DNA of 62,513 nucleotides, the filler included. It is 4 parts of 4 records of this genome, joined end to end, with 100 filler letters (N's around TTAATTAATTAA, not from the genome) between each part and the next. Parts side by side here need not be neighbours in the genome. Positions count along the whole stretch, not along the records: positions 1 to 22,620 come from SRR20825010_84; 3 more parts are not named here. The stretch is one strand, 5' to 3'. Positions within the stretch are counted from its first letter, which is position 1; the number at the start of each line of letters is the position of its first letter. Both the position numbers and the translations under genes were made by a program. The notes below the pieces were generated by a model. It had not been told where the DNA came from and ran no database searches. It saw nothing but the letters and a program-made list of their open reading frames with translations. This document shows, one piece after another, positions 9,597 to 19,575 of the stretch.

Positions 9597-10588
9597 CTCA
9601 TGTTCTTGCGCATGAAGTTCTGGATCTCACCCACAATACCCGAGCGGAAGGCCATCACCGTCAGCACGAAGATACCGCCAAGAATGGGATCTACCCAGTC
9701 ACCCAGCGGCCCCTGGGCCAGCTGATATTCCAGGTTCACCACGAAAGTGGCACCGACCACCGGGCCCAGCAACGTGCCGGTACCACCCAACAGAGTCATC
9801 AGGATGACTTCGCCGGACATGTGCCAATGAGCGTCGTTGAGAGACGCAAGCTGGAACACCACGGTTTTCACCGATCCGGCCAGGCCGGCCAGGCCTGCAG
9901 AGATCACGAATGCGAGGAGCTTGTAGCGATCCACGTTGTAGCCAAGGGACACCGCCCTGGGCTCGTTCTGCTTGATCGCCTTGAGCACCTGCCCGAAGGG
10001 CGAGCCGACAATGCGCTGCACCGCCAGATAGCCTCCGAGGAAGACCGCCAGCACGAAATAGTACATGGCGTAGTTGTTACTCAGGTCAACAAAGCCGAAC
10101 AGGTGGCCGCGGGGTACGCCGTGCATACCGTCCTCACCACCGGTAAACGGGGCCTGTACGAAGAAGAAGTAGACCAGTTGCGCCAACGCCAGGGTGATCA
10201 TCGCGAAATAGATTCCCTGGCGGCGAATGGCCACAACCCCGAAGCCGAGCCCCAACACCGTTGCCGCCGCTGTGCCCACCAGAATCCCCATTTCAGTCGT
10301 CAGACCGGAGAAATTCGAGAGCAGGTAACCGGTGGTGTATGAGCCCGCCGCCAGGAACGCAGCGTGCCCGAAAGACAGCAGGCCGGTGTAACCCAGCAGG
10401 AGGTTGAACGCCACTGCGAACAGGGCGAAGCACAGGATTTTCATCAGGAACACGGGGTACATCACCGCCGGTGCCAATAGGAGCAGCGCCAGCAGCACAA
10501 GATTCAAAATCTGCTTCTTGCGTTGCTCGGATTTCTGCTGCTGAATAATGCTTTGCTGGATATCCGTCTGCGTGGTTGCGTTCGCCAT
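9593..10588 (-). CDS. livM: Branched-chain amino acid-type ABC transporter permease (LivM-like)
   Basis: NLLLGYTGLLSFGHAAF, GIYFAMITLA, TGGEDG, SPFGQVLKAIKQNE. Confidence 0.85.
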   Translation of the reverse strand: MANATTQTDIQQSIIQQQKSEQRKKQILNLVLLALLLLAPAVMYPVFLMKILCFALFAVAFNLLLGYTGLLSFGHAAFLAAGSYTTGYLLSNFSGLTTEMGILVGTAAATVLGLGFGVVAIRRQGIYFAMITLALAQLVYFFFVQAPFTGGEDGMHGVPRGHLFGFVDLSNNYAMYYFVLAVFLGGYLAVQRIVGSPFGQVLKAIKQNEPRAVSLGYNVDRYKLLAFVISAGLAGLAGSVKTVVFQLASLNDAHWHMSGEVILMTLLGGTGTLLGPVVGATFVVNLEYQLAQGPLGDWVDPILGGIFVLTVMAFRSGIVGEIQNFMRKNMS

Positions 10589-10590
10589 GA

Positions 10591-11478
10591 CTATGCCTCC
10601 TTACCAAACAGGCCCGACGGGCGAATCAACAGGACAACCACCATCACCAGGAAGATCACGGCTGCCGACCCTTCCGGGTAGAACACTTTGGTGAACCCTT
10701 CTACTACCCCCATCATCAGGCCGGTAACGACGGCCCCGGCGATAGAACCCATGCCGCCGATGACGACCACAGCAAACACCACGATGAGTATGTTGGAGCC
10801 CATTACCGGCGATACCGAATATATGGGTGCGGCAAGCGCACCGGCGAAGGCGGCGAGCATGACACCAAAACCGTAAGTGAGGCTGATCAGCAGTGGCACA
10901 TTGATGCCAAACCCCTGCATCAGCTGGGAATCTTCCGTGCCGGCCCGCAGGTAGGAGCCAAGCCGGGTTTTCTCAATCATGAACCAGGTTGCGAAGCACA
11001 CCAGCAAGGCAGCCACGATCACCCAGGCTCGATAGTAGGGAAGGAACATGAACCCGAGGTTCATACCACCTCTGAACACCTCCGGCATGGAATAACGCAG
11101 GCCGGAAACGCCGTAAATATTGGTCAGAACACCTTGAAGGATCAGTGCAATCCCGAAGGTCAACAACAGGCTGTAGATGTGATCCTGGCCCGCGATGCGG
11201 CGCAACAGGAAGTACTCCAGCAGAATGCCGAAACAGCCAACAATCACGGGTGCGACGAAGAGCGCTACCCAGTAGTTGACTCCGAAGGCATCAAAAATCA
11301 GTACGGTACACATCGCACCGAGCATGTACATGGCACCGTGGGCGAAGTTGATGATTTTCAGCAGGCCAAATATTACCGCCAGGCCGAGGCTCAGCAGAGC
11401 GTAAAAGGCGCCATTGATCACCCCGAGCATCAACTGGCCAGACAGCACGGCCACGGGGACTCCCAGAATCTCGGTCAT
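10591..11478 (-). CDS. livH: Branched-chain amino acid-type ABC transporter permease (LivH-like)
   Basis: GLAVIFGLLKIINFAHGA, FAVVVIGGMGSI, IRPSGLFG. GGAG precedes ATG 11478. Confidence 0.85.
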   Translation of the reverse strand: MTEILGVPVAVLSGQLMLGVINGAFYALLSLGLAVIFGLLKIINFAHGAMYMLGAMCTVLIFDAFGVNYWVALFVAPVIVGCFGILLEYFLLRRIAGQDHIYSLLLTFGIALILQGVLTNIYGVSGLRYSMPEVFRGGMNLGFMFLPYYRAWVIVAALLVCFATWFMIEKTRLGSYLRAGTEDSQLMQGFGINVPLLISLTYGFGVMLAAFAGALAAPIYSVSPVMGSNILIVVFAVVVIGGMGSIAGAVVTGLMMGVVEGFTKVFYPEGSAAVIFLVMVVVLLIRPSGLFGKEA

Positions 11479-11592
11479 GTTACAAACTCCAAAAGCAGCG
11501 CAACTGATCATTCGCAAGTTGCGTGTCTGCAGGTCAGTGGCCGCCCCGCCAGCACTGCTGGATAGCGCGGGACGGCCCAGTCGGTCAGAACA

Positions 11593-12807
11593 TCAGTTTT
11601 TGGTTACGAGCTTGCACTTGCTCTCAGACAGCGGGCGATAGGCCTCGTCCCCTGGGATGGTGCGTACGATGTCGTACAGGTCCCACTCGCTCTTGGACTC
11701 CTCGGGCGTTTTCACTTCCGCCAGGTACATGTCATGAACCATACGGCCGTCCTCACGAATGATGCCGTTCTTGGCAAACATGTCGTTGATCGGCGTATCC
11801 ATCATCTGCTTGCGTACCGTTTGGGCGGCATCCGAACCGGTGGCCTTCACGGCGTTCAGGTATTGCATGGTGCTGGAGTAGATACCGGCGTGAACCATGG
11901 TGGGACGAACGCCGGTTTTTTCCATGAAACGGTCAGACCAGGCACGGGTTTCGTCGTTCATGTCCCAGTACCAGCCGGTGGTGAGCTGGATACCCTGGGC
12001 AGACTGAGCACCCAGTGCGTGAACGTCGGTCAGGAACAACAACAGCGCCGCCAGGGTCTGGCCGGACTGGGTCAGGCCGAATTCACCGGCGGTAGTGATG
12101 GCATTGGTGGTGTCTGCACCGGCGTTTGCCAGGGCCACCACGTCAGCGCCTGAGGACTGCGCCTGCAGGATAAAGGACGAGAAGTCAGAGGTCGGGAAGG
12201 GATGACGCACTGCCTGCATCACTTCGCCGCCATTCTCTTCCACCACACGGGTTACGTCGCCTTCCAGGGCGTGACCGAAGGCATAGTCAGCGGTCAGGAT
12301 AAACCAGCTCTTGCCACCTTCTTTAACCACCGCGCTTGCCGTACCGTTGGCCAGCGGATAGGTGTCATACACGTAGTGGATGTGGTTCGGCGTGCAGTGC
12401 TCGTTGGTAATACTGGACGCGGCAGAACCGGAGACGATACCGAGTTTGTCGTTTTCTTCCAGGATGTTGCTGACGGCAATGGTGACCGAGGAAGCAACCA
12501 GGCCGGCGATCAAATCAACGTTCTCGTTCTCCACCCAGCGCCGGGCAGTACTGGAGGCGGAATCCGGGCTGTTACGATCATCCGCGCTGACCACTTCGAT
12601 CTTGGCGCCATTGACCGTGCCACCGAAGTCCGCGATGGCCATTTCCAGGGCTGTCTGGCCATTGGGGCCGGCCAGGTCACGATAGGTGCCGGACATGTCG
12701 GCCAGGTAACCGATTTTAACGGTGTTGTCGGATATCTCAGCCTGGGCAGCACCCACAAACATGGCTGATGCAATCGCTGATGTCAGAAGCTTTTTGGTGA
12801 TTGTCAT
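11593..12807 (-). CDS. ABC transporter substrate-binding protein (periplasmic binding protein type 1)
   Basis: Signal peptide (AQA), VKIGYLADMSG, ADYAFGH, DFSSFILQAQ, REDGRMVHDMYL. Confidence 0.88.
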   Translation of the reverse strand: MTITKKLLTSAIASAMFVGAAQAEISDNTVKIGYLADMSGTYRDLAGPNGQTALEMAIADFGGTVNGAKIEVVSADDRNSPDSASSTARRWVENENVDLIAGLVASSVTIAVSNILEENDKLGIVSGSAASSITNEHCTPNHIHYVYDTYPLANGTASAVVKEGGKSWFILTADYAFGHALEGDVTRVVEENGGEVMQAVRHPFPTSDFSSFILQAQSSGADVVALANAGADTTNAITTAGEFGLTQSGQTLAALLLFLTDVHALGAQSAQGIQLTTGWYWDMNDETRAWSDRFMEKTGVRPTMVHAGIYSSTMQYLNAVKATGSDAAQTVRKQMMDTPINDMFAKNGIIREDGRMVHDMYLAEVKTPEESKSEWDLYDIVRTIPGDEAYRPLSESKCKLVTKN

Positions 12808-12899
12808 TGTTGTTTCTCCGCTACTGTCTTTGCGTTGGTTTTCGGGTTTCGTTCTTATTGCTCTTGTTGCACTCTTTATTTCACTCTCATCCCCAGGCC

Positions 12900-13622
12900 T
12901 TACACACCCAGGTACTTGTCCAGCATCGACTGCTTGGCCTCAAGCTCGTCGGCGCTGATCTCCTCCACAATCTGGCCGTGTTCCATCACATAGTGACGGT
13001 CCGCCAGGGGTGCGGCGAAATGGAAATTTTGCTCAACCAGGACAATGGTCAGGCCTTTTTCCTTCAGCTTGACCAACACCTCGCCCAGTGTTTCAACGAT
13101 GACCGGAGCCAGGCCTTCGGTGATTTCATCCAGCAACAGCATGTTGGCGCCCGTTCTCAGAATCCGGGCCATGGCCAGCATCTGCTGCTCACCACCCGAT
13201 AGTTTGGTGCCAGGGCTGGTACGGCGCTCGTACAGGTTGGGGAACATGGAGAAAATTTCCTCCAACCCCATGCCACCACTTCGGACGACCGGCGGAAGCG
13301 TCAGGTTTTCCATGACATTGAGTCCGGAAAAAATGCCCCGGTGTTCGGGGCAATACCCTACTCCCAACCTTGCAATGTGGTGAGGCGCACACGTCATGGT
13401 CTCCTCACCGTTAATCATGATCGAGCCGGTGCGGCGGCCCACCATATTCATAATCGCTTTCAGGGTTGTGCTACGCCCGGCCCCGTTGCGGCCCAGAAGG
13501 GTGACCAGTTCCCCGCGCTGAACCTCCAGATCAATGCCATGAAGAATGTGGGACTCGCCATAGAACGCGTGAAGCCCGGAGATTCGTAGCTGTTCGTAGT
13601 CTTTCGAGTGGGCCTGGGTCAT
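12900..13622 (-). CDS. livF: ABC transporter ATP-binding protein (LivF-like)
   Basis: GRNGAGRST Walker A variant, LSGGEQQML, LLLDE, VEQN. Confidence 0.88.
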   Translation of the reverse strand: MTQAHSKDYEQLRISGLHAFYGESHILHGIDLEVQRGELVTLLGRNGAGRSTTLKAIMNMVGRRTGSIMINGEETMTCAPHHIARLGVGYCPEHRGIFSGLNVMENLTLPPVVRSGGMGLEEIFSMFPNLYERRTSPGTKLSGGEQQMLAMARILRTGANMLLLDEITEGLAPVIVETLGEVLVKLKEKGLTIVLVEQNFHFAAPLADRHYVMEHGQIVEEISADELEAKQSMLDKYLGV

Positions 13623-14395
13623 TCTGCCGCCTCCTGCTTCTTGGTGGCCGTGCCACCCATATACACCTCACGCACACGGGGGTCATCGGACACCTGTTGG
13701 TAGTCGCCTTCGGTGAGCACGGCCCCCTGTGCCAGCACGGTGACCCGGTCGCACAGTTTGCTGACCACACCCAGGTTGTGTTCCACCATCAGCACCGTGC
13801 GGCCTTGAGCGGCCTTGCGCACCAGTTCAACGACCCGCTCCACGTCTTCACTGCCCATTCCCTGTGTGGGCTCATCCAGCAACAGCAGCTCCGGCTCCAT
13901 GGCCAGAGTGGTGGCCAGTTCCAGGGCGCGTTTACGACCGTAGGCGAGTTCGACGGTGGTGGTATTGGCGAATTCAGTCAGCCCCACACTGTCCAGCAGT
14001 TCCATGCAACGCTCATTGAGCTTGTTCAGGGACTCGCCGGATTTCCAGAAGCGGAAGGAGTTTCCTTCAAAGCTCTGCAGAGCGACGCGAATGTTCTCAA
14101 GCGCCGTCATATGGGGGAAAACCGCAGAAATCTGAAAGGAACGGACCACCCCTTTGCGGGCAATGGCCGCCGATTTCATTGAAGTGATGTCCTCACCCTT
14201 GAACAGGATTTTGCCTCGGGTAGGAATCAGGAATTTGGTGAGCAGGTTGAATACCGTGGTCTTGCCCGCGCCATTAGGGCCGATCAGGGCATGTATGTGG
14301 CCACGCTGCACCTTCAGGTTAACGTCATCGACCGCCACAAAGCCCTTGAACTCTTTGACGAGGCTTTGGGTCTCCAGAACGAACGGGTCACTCAT
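13619..14395 (-). CDS. livG: ABC transporter ATP-binding protein (LivG-like)
   Basis: GPNGAGKTT, LAYGRKRALE, LLLDEP, VEHN, DPRVREVYMG. Confidence 0.88.
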   Translation of the reverse strand: MSDPFVLETQSLVKEFKGFVAVDDVNLKVQRGHIHALIGPNGAGKTTVFNLLTKFLIPTRGKILFKGEDITSMKSAAIARKGVVRSFQISAVFPHMTALENIRVALQSFEGNSFRFWKSGESLNKLNERCMELLDSVGLTEFANTTTVELAYGRKRALELATTLAMEPELLLLDEPTQGMGSEDVERVVELVRKAAQGRTVLMVEHNLGVVSKLCDRVTVLAQGAVLTEGDYQQVSDDPRVREVYMGGTATKKQEAAE

Positions 14396-14446
14396 GAGCC
14401 ATTCTACCTTTGTTATTGTTGTGCGTTTATACTGTGTACAGAGTAG

Positions 14447-14470
14447 ATTGACGTCTACGTAAACGTCAAC
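14447..14470. promoter_or_regulatory. LiuR-type operator (possibly two overlapping boxes) upstream of the ABC operon
   Basis: GTCTACGTAAACGTCAAC (14453-14470) fits the 18-bp sTTTACGTwwACGTAAAs-like palindrome. A second register, ATTGACGTCTACGTAAAC, lies at 14447-14464. Confidence 0.72.
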
Positions 14471-15275
14471 CGAAAATCGTACTTTTTTGGCCAATCGCCA
14501 TTCGCAAAAAATCACTGACCAACGTCAGCGCCTGGGCAGGCTGCTGCAAGTGGGGCGAATGCCCCGTGCCAGCCATGAACACCGGTTCAGCCCAATGCCC
14601 GATACCCTCCACAATCCGGGTCACCTGCTCTGGAACGCCATATTCATCATCGTCCCCTTGAATGATCATAGCCGGGCAACGAATGGCGTCCAGCCAAGGG
14701 CCAAAGTCCATGGACTCTTGAAATCCCTCATCCAGCCAGACGTCCTGCCAGGCGTAGAACAACGCATCAGTGCGTTCGCCGTGATGGCGCAGTAACTTCT
14801 CGCGAATACCTTCTTCCAGGTAGCGACGGCGCATGTCGCGGATACCAGCCAGGGTGAGGTGATCGGCCCAGGTATGGGCGGCCATGGTGACCAACCCTTT
14901 TACCCGCCCTTCCAACGCTGCTGCGGCAATCAGGGCAATGGAGCCGCCATCGCTGTGGCCCACCAGAATCACCTCATCAATCGCCAGTGCATCCAGCAGC
15001 CGGGGCAACCACACGGTGCCTTCCTGCTCCAGATAATCGTAGGGACGGGGCAACGGCTCGTCACTGGAGGCACCGTAACCACGGCGTTCATAAATCAGCG
15101 CATCGAGGCCCGTGGCCTCCGCCAACTGGCGCGGAAACTGCTTCCACAAGGCAATGTTGCCCAGGGATTCATGCAGGAACACCAACACAGGCCCGGTACG
15201 GTCACCGTGGCTCAGGCGCTGGGCCTGAACCCTGACGCCCTCACCCAGGGAAACCGAAAGATTGCTGACGTTCAT
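14466..15275 (-). CDS. Alpha/beta fold hydrolase
   Basis: FLHESLG, YERRGYGAS, GHSDGG nucleophile elbow, QGDDDEYG, GHSPH. Confidence 0.88.
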   Translation of the reverse strand: MNVSNLSVSLGEGVRVQAQRLSHGDRTGPVLVFLHESLGNIALWKQFPRQLAEATGLDALIYERRGYGASSDEPLPRPYDYLEQEGTVWLPRLLDALAIDEVILVGHSDGGSIALIAAAALEGRVKGLVTMAAHTWADHLTLAGIRDMRRRYLEEGIREKLLRHHGERTDALFYAWQDVWLDEGFQESMDFGPWLDAIRCPAMIIQGDDDEYGVPEQVTRIVEGIGHWAEPVFMAGTGHSPHLQQPAQALTLVSDFLRMAIGQKSTIFG

Positions 15276-15279
15276 GCCG

Positions 15280-15696
15280 TCACCGCTGCGCCGGAATCGC
15301 GTAGGTGATGGTGGCATGGGCAACCGGGTCTTCCAGGCCGTCGGAGAGAATGTAGACCTCACCCACTCCGCTGGTCTTGCCGACTCTCAGCATGCTGGCC
15401 CGCGCCCGGATCGGGCTGTGGGCCACGGGCTTGCGCAGGAAGTTGATGTTGAGGTTACTGGTCACCGCCAGCGGCACCAGGCCGATTTTTCCCAGCAGTG
15501 CGGCATACAGGGCCACGTCCGCCAACGCCATCATGGCGGGGCCGGACACCGTGCCGCCGGGGCGCAGATGCTCTTCAGCAACCTCCAGCTTCATTTCGGC
15601 CCAACCGTCGCCCAGTTCCTGCAGGGTGCCGTAGCGGGCACCCTGGGGAAACTGTTCGGCGAGGAAGGCCTGCAACTCCTCGAAGGTGACAATCAT
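15280..15696 (-). CDS. PaaI-family thioesterase
   Basis: HLRPGGTVSGPAMMALAD hotdog motif, AVTSNLNINFLRKP. Confidence 0.88.
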   Translation of the reverse strand: MIVTFEELQAFLAEQFPQGARYGTLQELGDGWAEMKLEVAEEHLRPGGTVSGPAMMALADVALYAALLGKIGLVPLAVTSNLNINFLRKPVAHSPIRARASMLRVGKTSGVGEVYILSDGLEDPVAHATITYAIPAQR

Positions 15697-17342
15697 CCCT
15701 GTTTCTCTTCCTTCGCCTGGTTACGCAGAACAAAGCGCTGGATCTTGCCACTGGGGGTTTTCGGCAGCTCATCCACGAATTCAATTTCACGGGGATAGGC
15801 GTGAGCGGAAAGGCGATGGCGAACCAGCTCCTGCAGCTCGTCCTTCAGGGCCTCTTCGCTTTCAGGCTCCTGGTCACCCTTGATAACCACATAAGCCTTG
15901 ATAATAGAGCCCCGCTTTTCGTCGGGCTTCGCCACCACACCAGACTCGGCCACCGCCTTGTGCTCCAGCAGGGTGCTTTCCACATCGGCCGGGCCCACAC
16001 GGTAACCAGCAGTGGTGATAATGTCATCGTCACGGCCGCTGAATGAGAAGCAGCCACCGCCGTGATTCACCACCATATCGCCGGTGAGGTAGTAGCCATT
16101 CACGAACGGGTCTTTTTCGCCCCAGGTGTAGCCGTCGAAATGGAACAATGGCGAGGCCTTCACATCCACTGCCAACTGGCCGATCTCACCTTCGCCCACA
16201 ACTTCATTCTTTTCATTAAGGGCAACGACTTTGTGGCCAGGAGAGGAATAGCCCATGGAGCCCTGGCGTACCGGGTGATCAAGGCCATGGAAGTTACAGC
16301 AGGTCATACCCGTTTCGGTCTGGCCATAGTGGTCCTTGACCGGGCAGAAATGACGCCGCTCAATCCAGTTCACCACTTCCGGGTTCAGCGGCTCGCCGGC
16401 ACTGCTCGCCACCCGCAGACCAAGGTTCTCACCTTCCGGAAGAACGTGGTCATTGGCTTTCAGCAACCGATAGGCAGTCGGGGCCGCCGCCAGGTTGGTG
16501 ATCTTGTACTTGCGGATCATGTCGTAGGTGGTTTCCGGGGTAAACGCGCCCGGGTTGAAATGGGTGGCATGCCCCATCAGCAACGGGCCCACCACGGCGT
16601 AGTAAAGACCGTAGGCCCAGCCCGGATCAGCCACGTTCCAGAACACATCATCGTCCCGCAGGTCGATGGCATATTTCATGTACACGTAAAACGCCAGCAA
16701 CGCCTTGGCAGGAACCGCAACACCCTTGGACTTACCAACCGTACCCGAGGTAAACATCTGCAGGAACGGATCACCACCCTTGATCAGTACCGGTTCAAAC
16801 TGGCCAGACTGCTCTGCCAGTGTCTTTTCAAAGTCCGGGATATCGCCACTGACTTCGGCCGCGCTCACGCACACCACAGGTGCGCAGTCCTTAACCTCGG
16901 TAAGTTTCGGGTAGTTGACGGGGTCAGTGACCACCAGCTTGGTGCTGGCGCGCTCGAAACGATACTCGATGGCACCAGGGCCAAAGGCGGTGAACAGCGG
17001 CTGGTAAACGGCACCGGCGCGCAGGGCACCGGCAATCACAATCAACAGTTCCGGGCTGCGGGGCAGCAGGGCGGCCACTCGGTCGCCCTTGCCGATCCCG
17101 CGGGAGGCTAGGTAGTTCGCAAAACGGGCGGACTTCTCTTTCAGCTCGGCAAAGGTCAGTTTGCCGGAACCGCCGTCGGCTTTCTCGTAATACAACGCGA
17201 CCCGCTGGGGGTCGTCGGCCCACTTGTCGCAGATTTCCGTACAGACGTTCAGGCCGTCACTCAGGCTGCCCTCCAGGATCTCGGCTTCGAGGCTGGCGGG
17301 ATCGAAATTGTCATAGACCGATTGGTACTCCGGGAGGCTCAT
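15693..17342 (-). CDS. Short/branched-chain acyl-CoA synthetase (AMP-binding)
   Basis: FTSGTVGKSKG, ADPGWAYG, SAGEPLNP, HYGQTETG, YLTGD, GRDDD, PKTPSGKIQR. Confidence 0.9.
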   Translation of the reverse strand: MSLPEYQSVYDNFDPASLEAEILEGSLSDGLNVCTEICDKWADDPQRVALYYEKADGGSGKLTFAELKEKSARFANYLASRGIGKGDRVAALLPRSPELLIVIAGALRAGAVYQPLFTAFGPGAIEYRFERASTKLVVTDPVNYPKLTEVKDCAPVVCVSAAEVSGDIPDFEKTLAEQSGQFEPVLIKGGDPFLQMFTSGTVGKSKGVAVPAKALLAFYVYMKYAIDLRDDDVFWNVADPGWAYGLYYAVVGPLLMGHATHFNPGAFTPETTYDMIRKYKITNLAAAPTAYRLLKANDHVLPEGENLGLRVASSAGEPLNPEVVNWIERRHFCPVKDHYGQTETGMTCCNFHGLDHPVRQGSMGYSSPGHKVVALNEKNEVVGEGEIGQLAVDVKASPLFHFDGYTWGEKDPFVNGYYLTGDMVVNHGGGCFSFSGRDDDIITTAGYRVGPADVESTLLEHKAVAESGVVAKPDEKRGSIIKAYVVIKGDQEPESEEALKDELQELVRHRLSAHAYPREIEFVDELPKTPSGKIQRFVLRNQAKEEKQG

Positions 17343-17400
17343 AATCCAGTCCTTTTGTTGTTGTAGCGAATTCTGATCTCAATGTGTAGCACAGGCTATA

Positions 17401-17418
17401 GTTTACGTAAAGGTAAAC
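17401..17418. promoter_or_regulatory. LiuR-type operator upstream of the acyl-CoA synthetase
   Basis: GTTTACGTAAAGGTAAAC, a near-perfect match to the LiuR palindrome, about 60 bp upstream of ATG 17342. Confidence 0.78.
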
Positions 17419-17501
17419 TTTAAGCTAAAAATAAACGCCTCCAAAACTCAAAGATATGAGCGTAAAGCCCCAGCCCTGACCGTTCTGGAGGCGCTGCCTG
17501 C

Positions 17502-18395
17502 TCAGCTCTGCTCGCGGTAATAGAACTTCTGGATACTGGAGAAATCCAGCCCGCCGTTACCCTCGTTGGCATGGAGTGCAAACAGGTTCCGGGCCAGTGA
17601 CCCCATGGGAATGGGGGCCTGATTCTTGACGGCGTTATCGAAGGCCAGGCCCAGGTCCTTGTTCATCAGGTTTACCAGAAAGCCACCTTCGTAGTTGCGG
17701 GACGCCGGCACACCTTCCATCACACCCGGCCAGGGGTTGTAGACATTCAGCGCCCAGTTGCCGCCAGAACTCTGCTTCATGATTTCCGACAGTACCGCAG
17801 GGTCCAGGCCGTTCTTCACACCCAGGGCCAGGGCTTCGCTGGTGCCGCTCATGAGAATGGCCAGCAGCATGTTGTTGCAGATCTTGGCAATCTGCCCGGC
17901 ACCGTGAGGGCCAGCGTGGAAGATGTTCTTGCCCATACCTTCAAGAATGGGTTTGGCGCGCTCGAACGCGTCCGCCTCACCACCACAGATAAAGGTCAGC
18001 GTGCCCGCCTTGGCGCCACCAACACCGCCGGAGACCGGCGCATCCATAAAGGTGATACCGGCCGCCACAGCTGCTTCGGCCACACCTTTCGCGGTTTCCG
18101 GTGCGATGGTGGAGGAGTCGATCACCAATGTGGTGGACGGCAGGTTTTTCAGCAGGCCGTTGTCGCCCAGATAAACCGCTTCCACGTGCTGGCCCGCAGG
18201 CAGCATGGAAATCACCACCTCGGCACCCTCCACTGCTTCCTGAATCGTCGCTGCAGATTTCGCACCTTCGCTGGTGAGCGCCTTGACCGCCTCGGAAGAC
18301 AGATCAAACACCGTCAGGTCGTGTCCCGCCTTAACGAGGTTGGCGGCCATAGGGCCACCCATGTTGCCAAGACCGATAAATGTGATAGTCGCCAT
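17502..18395 (-). CDS. mmsB: 3-hydroxyisobutyrate dehydrogenase
   Basis: FIGLGNMGGPMA, DAPVSGG, AKICNNMLL, YNPWPGVM. Valine catabolic context. Confidence 0.92.
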   Translation of the reverse strand: MATITFIGLGNMGGPMAANLVKAGHDLTVFDLSSEAVKALTSEGAKSAATIQEAVEGAEVVISMLPAGQHVEAVYLGDNGLLKNLPSTTLVIDSSTIAPETAKGVAEAAVAAGITFMDAPVSGGVGGAKAGTLTFICGGEADAFERAKPILEGMGKNIFHAGPHGAGQIAKICNNMLLAILMSGTSEALALGVKNGLDPAVLSEIMKQSSGGNWALNVYNPWPGVMEGVPASRNYEGGFLVNLMNKDLGLAFDNAVKNQAPIPMGSLARNLFALHANEGNGGLDFSSIQKFYYREQS

Positions 18396-18441
18396 ATTGT
18401 TGTTCTCCATTTTTGATCAGTGTTGGTCTGTTCGGTTTTGT

Positions 18442-19536
18442 TCAGGGCTCGATAAAGAATCGGTCGATCCATTCCGGGTCCACGCTCTTCAGTGTCGGGA
18501 AATGCCAGCGTGGCTTCAGGTCCTTGTCGATCAACAGTGCCCGGACGCCCTCGGCAAACTCACCCATCTTCAGGCAGCGTTTCGATATTTGAAGCTCCTT
18601 GTCGAAAACCTGGGACAGGCTGTCGTGCAAGGTGTCGTGATAGTGTTGCCAGGTCAGAGTCAGGGACGCCGGCGACGCCGCCGCGACCGTCTTGACCGCC
18701 TTGATCAGCCAGGGATCTTCGCCGGCGTACTGGCTCAGGTTATCCACCACATCTACCAGCGAATCGCCGTCGGTAAGGGCCTGGATCACATCAAAGTGCT
18801 CGCGCACCACGGCCTGCGGCATTGCCTCGCGGGAGCCCTCCTCGAATCTGCGCAACACTTTGCTGACAGCGGCATGGGCGCCACCCTCAAGGCCGGCAAA
18901 GCCCGACTGCTGCAAGGCCTGCTTGACCTCCTCGCGCATGTCGTGGCGAATAAACCGATCGGCCAACCCGGTAAACAGCGCATCAGCGCCGTTCATCCGC
19001 GCCCCGGTCAGCCCCAGGAACAAACCGATCCGGCCCGGCATTTTGTTGAGGAACCAGCCAGCGCCGACATCCGGGTACAGGCCGATACTCACTTCCGGCA
19101 TCGCCACACGTGAATGCTCCGTCACCACGCGATGGGAGCCGCCAGACATCAGGCCGATGCCGCCGCCCATCACCACGCCATTGCCCCAGACAATAAAAGG
19201 CTTGGGATAGGTGTGAATCTGGTAGTCCAGTTCGTATTCGTCGGTGAAGAATCTATCCCCTTCACTGACGGCACGACTGTCAGAGCGCGGCTCTGTCATG
19301 TCGCGATACAGAGCCACAATGTCCCCGCCGGCGCACAGGGCCTTGTCGCCCTCGCCTTCCAGCCACACGGCGCCGATGGTGTCGTCCGCGGCCCACTGGT
19401 CCAGCTTTGCCTTCAACAGGTGGATCATCTCCAGCGACAATGCGTTCATGGCGCGCGGAGCGTTCAGCCGTGCCACACCAATGCGGCTACCGCCAGCGGC
19501 TTCCAGTTCCTCAAAAATGACTACTTGATCGCTCAT
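18442..19536 (-). CDS. 3-hydroxyisobutyryl-CoA hydrolase-like crotonase
   Basis: MNALS, CAGGDI, EYELDY, MGGGIG, AMPEVSIGLYPDVG, FAEGVRALLIDKD. Confidence 0.88.
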   Translation of the reverse strand: MSDQVVIFEELEAAGGSRIGVARLNAPRAMNALSLEMIHLLKAKLDQWAADDTIGAVWLEGEGDKALCAGGDIVALYRDMTEPRSDSRAVSEGDRFFTDEYELDYQIHTYPKPFIVWGNGVVMGGGIGLMSGGSHRVVTEHSRVAMPEVSIGLYPDVGAGWFLNKMPGRIGLFLGLTGARMNGADALFTGLADRFIRHDMREEVKQALQQSGFAGLEGGAHAAVSKVLRRFEEGSREAMPQAVVREHFDVIQALTDGDSLVDVVDNLSQYAGEDPWLIKAVKTVAAASPASLTLTWQHYHDTLHDSLSQVFDKELQISKRCLKMGEFAEGVRALLIDKDLKPRWHFPTLKSVDPEWIDRFFIEP

Positions 19537-19575
19537 ACCATTCACTCAGTAATCCGGCCCGATTTATCGATGCTT

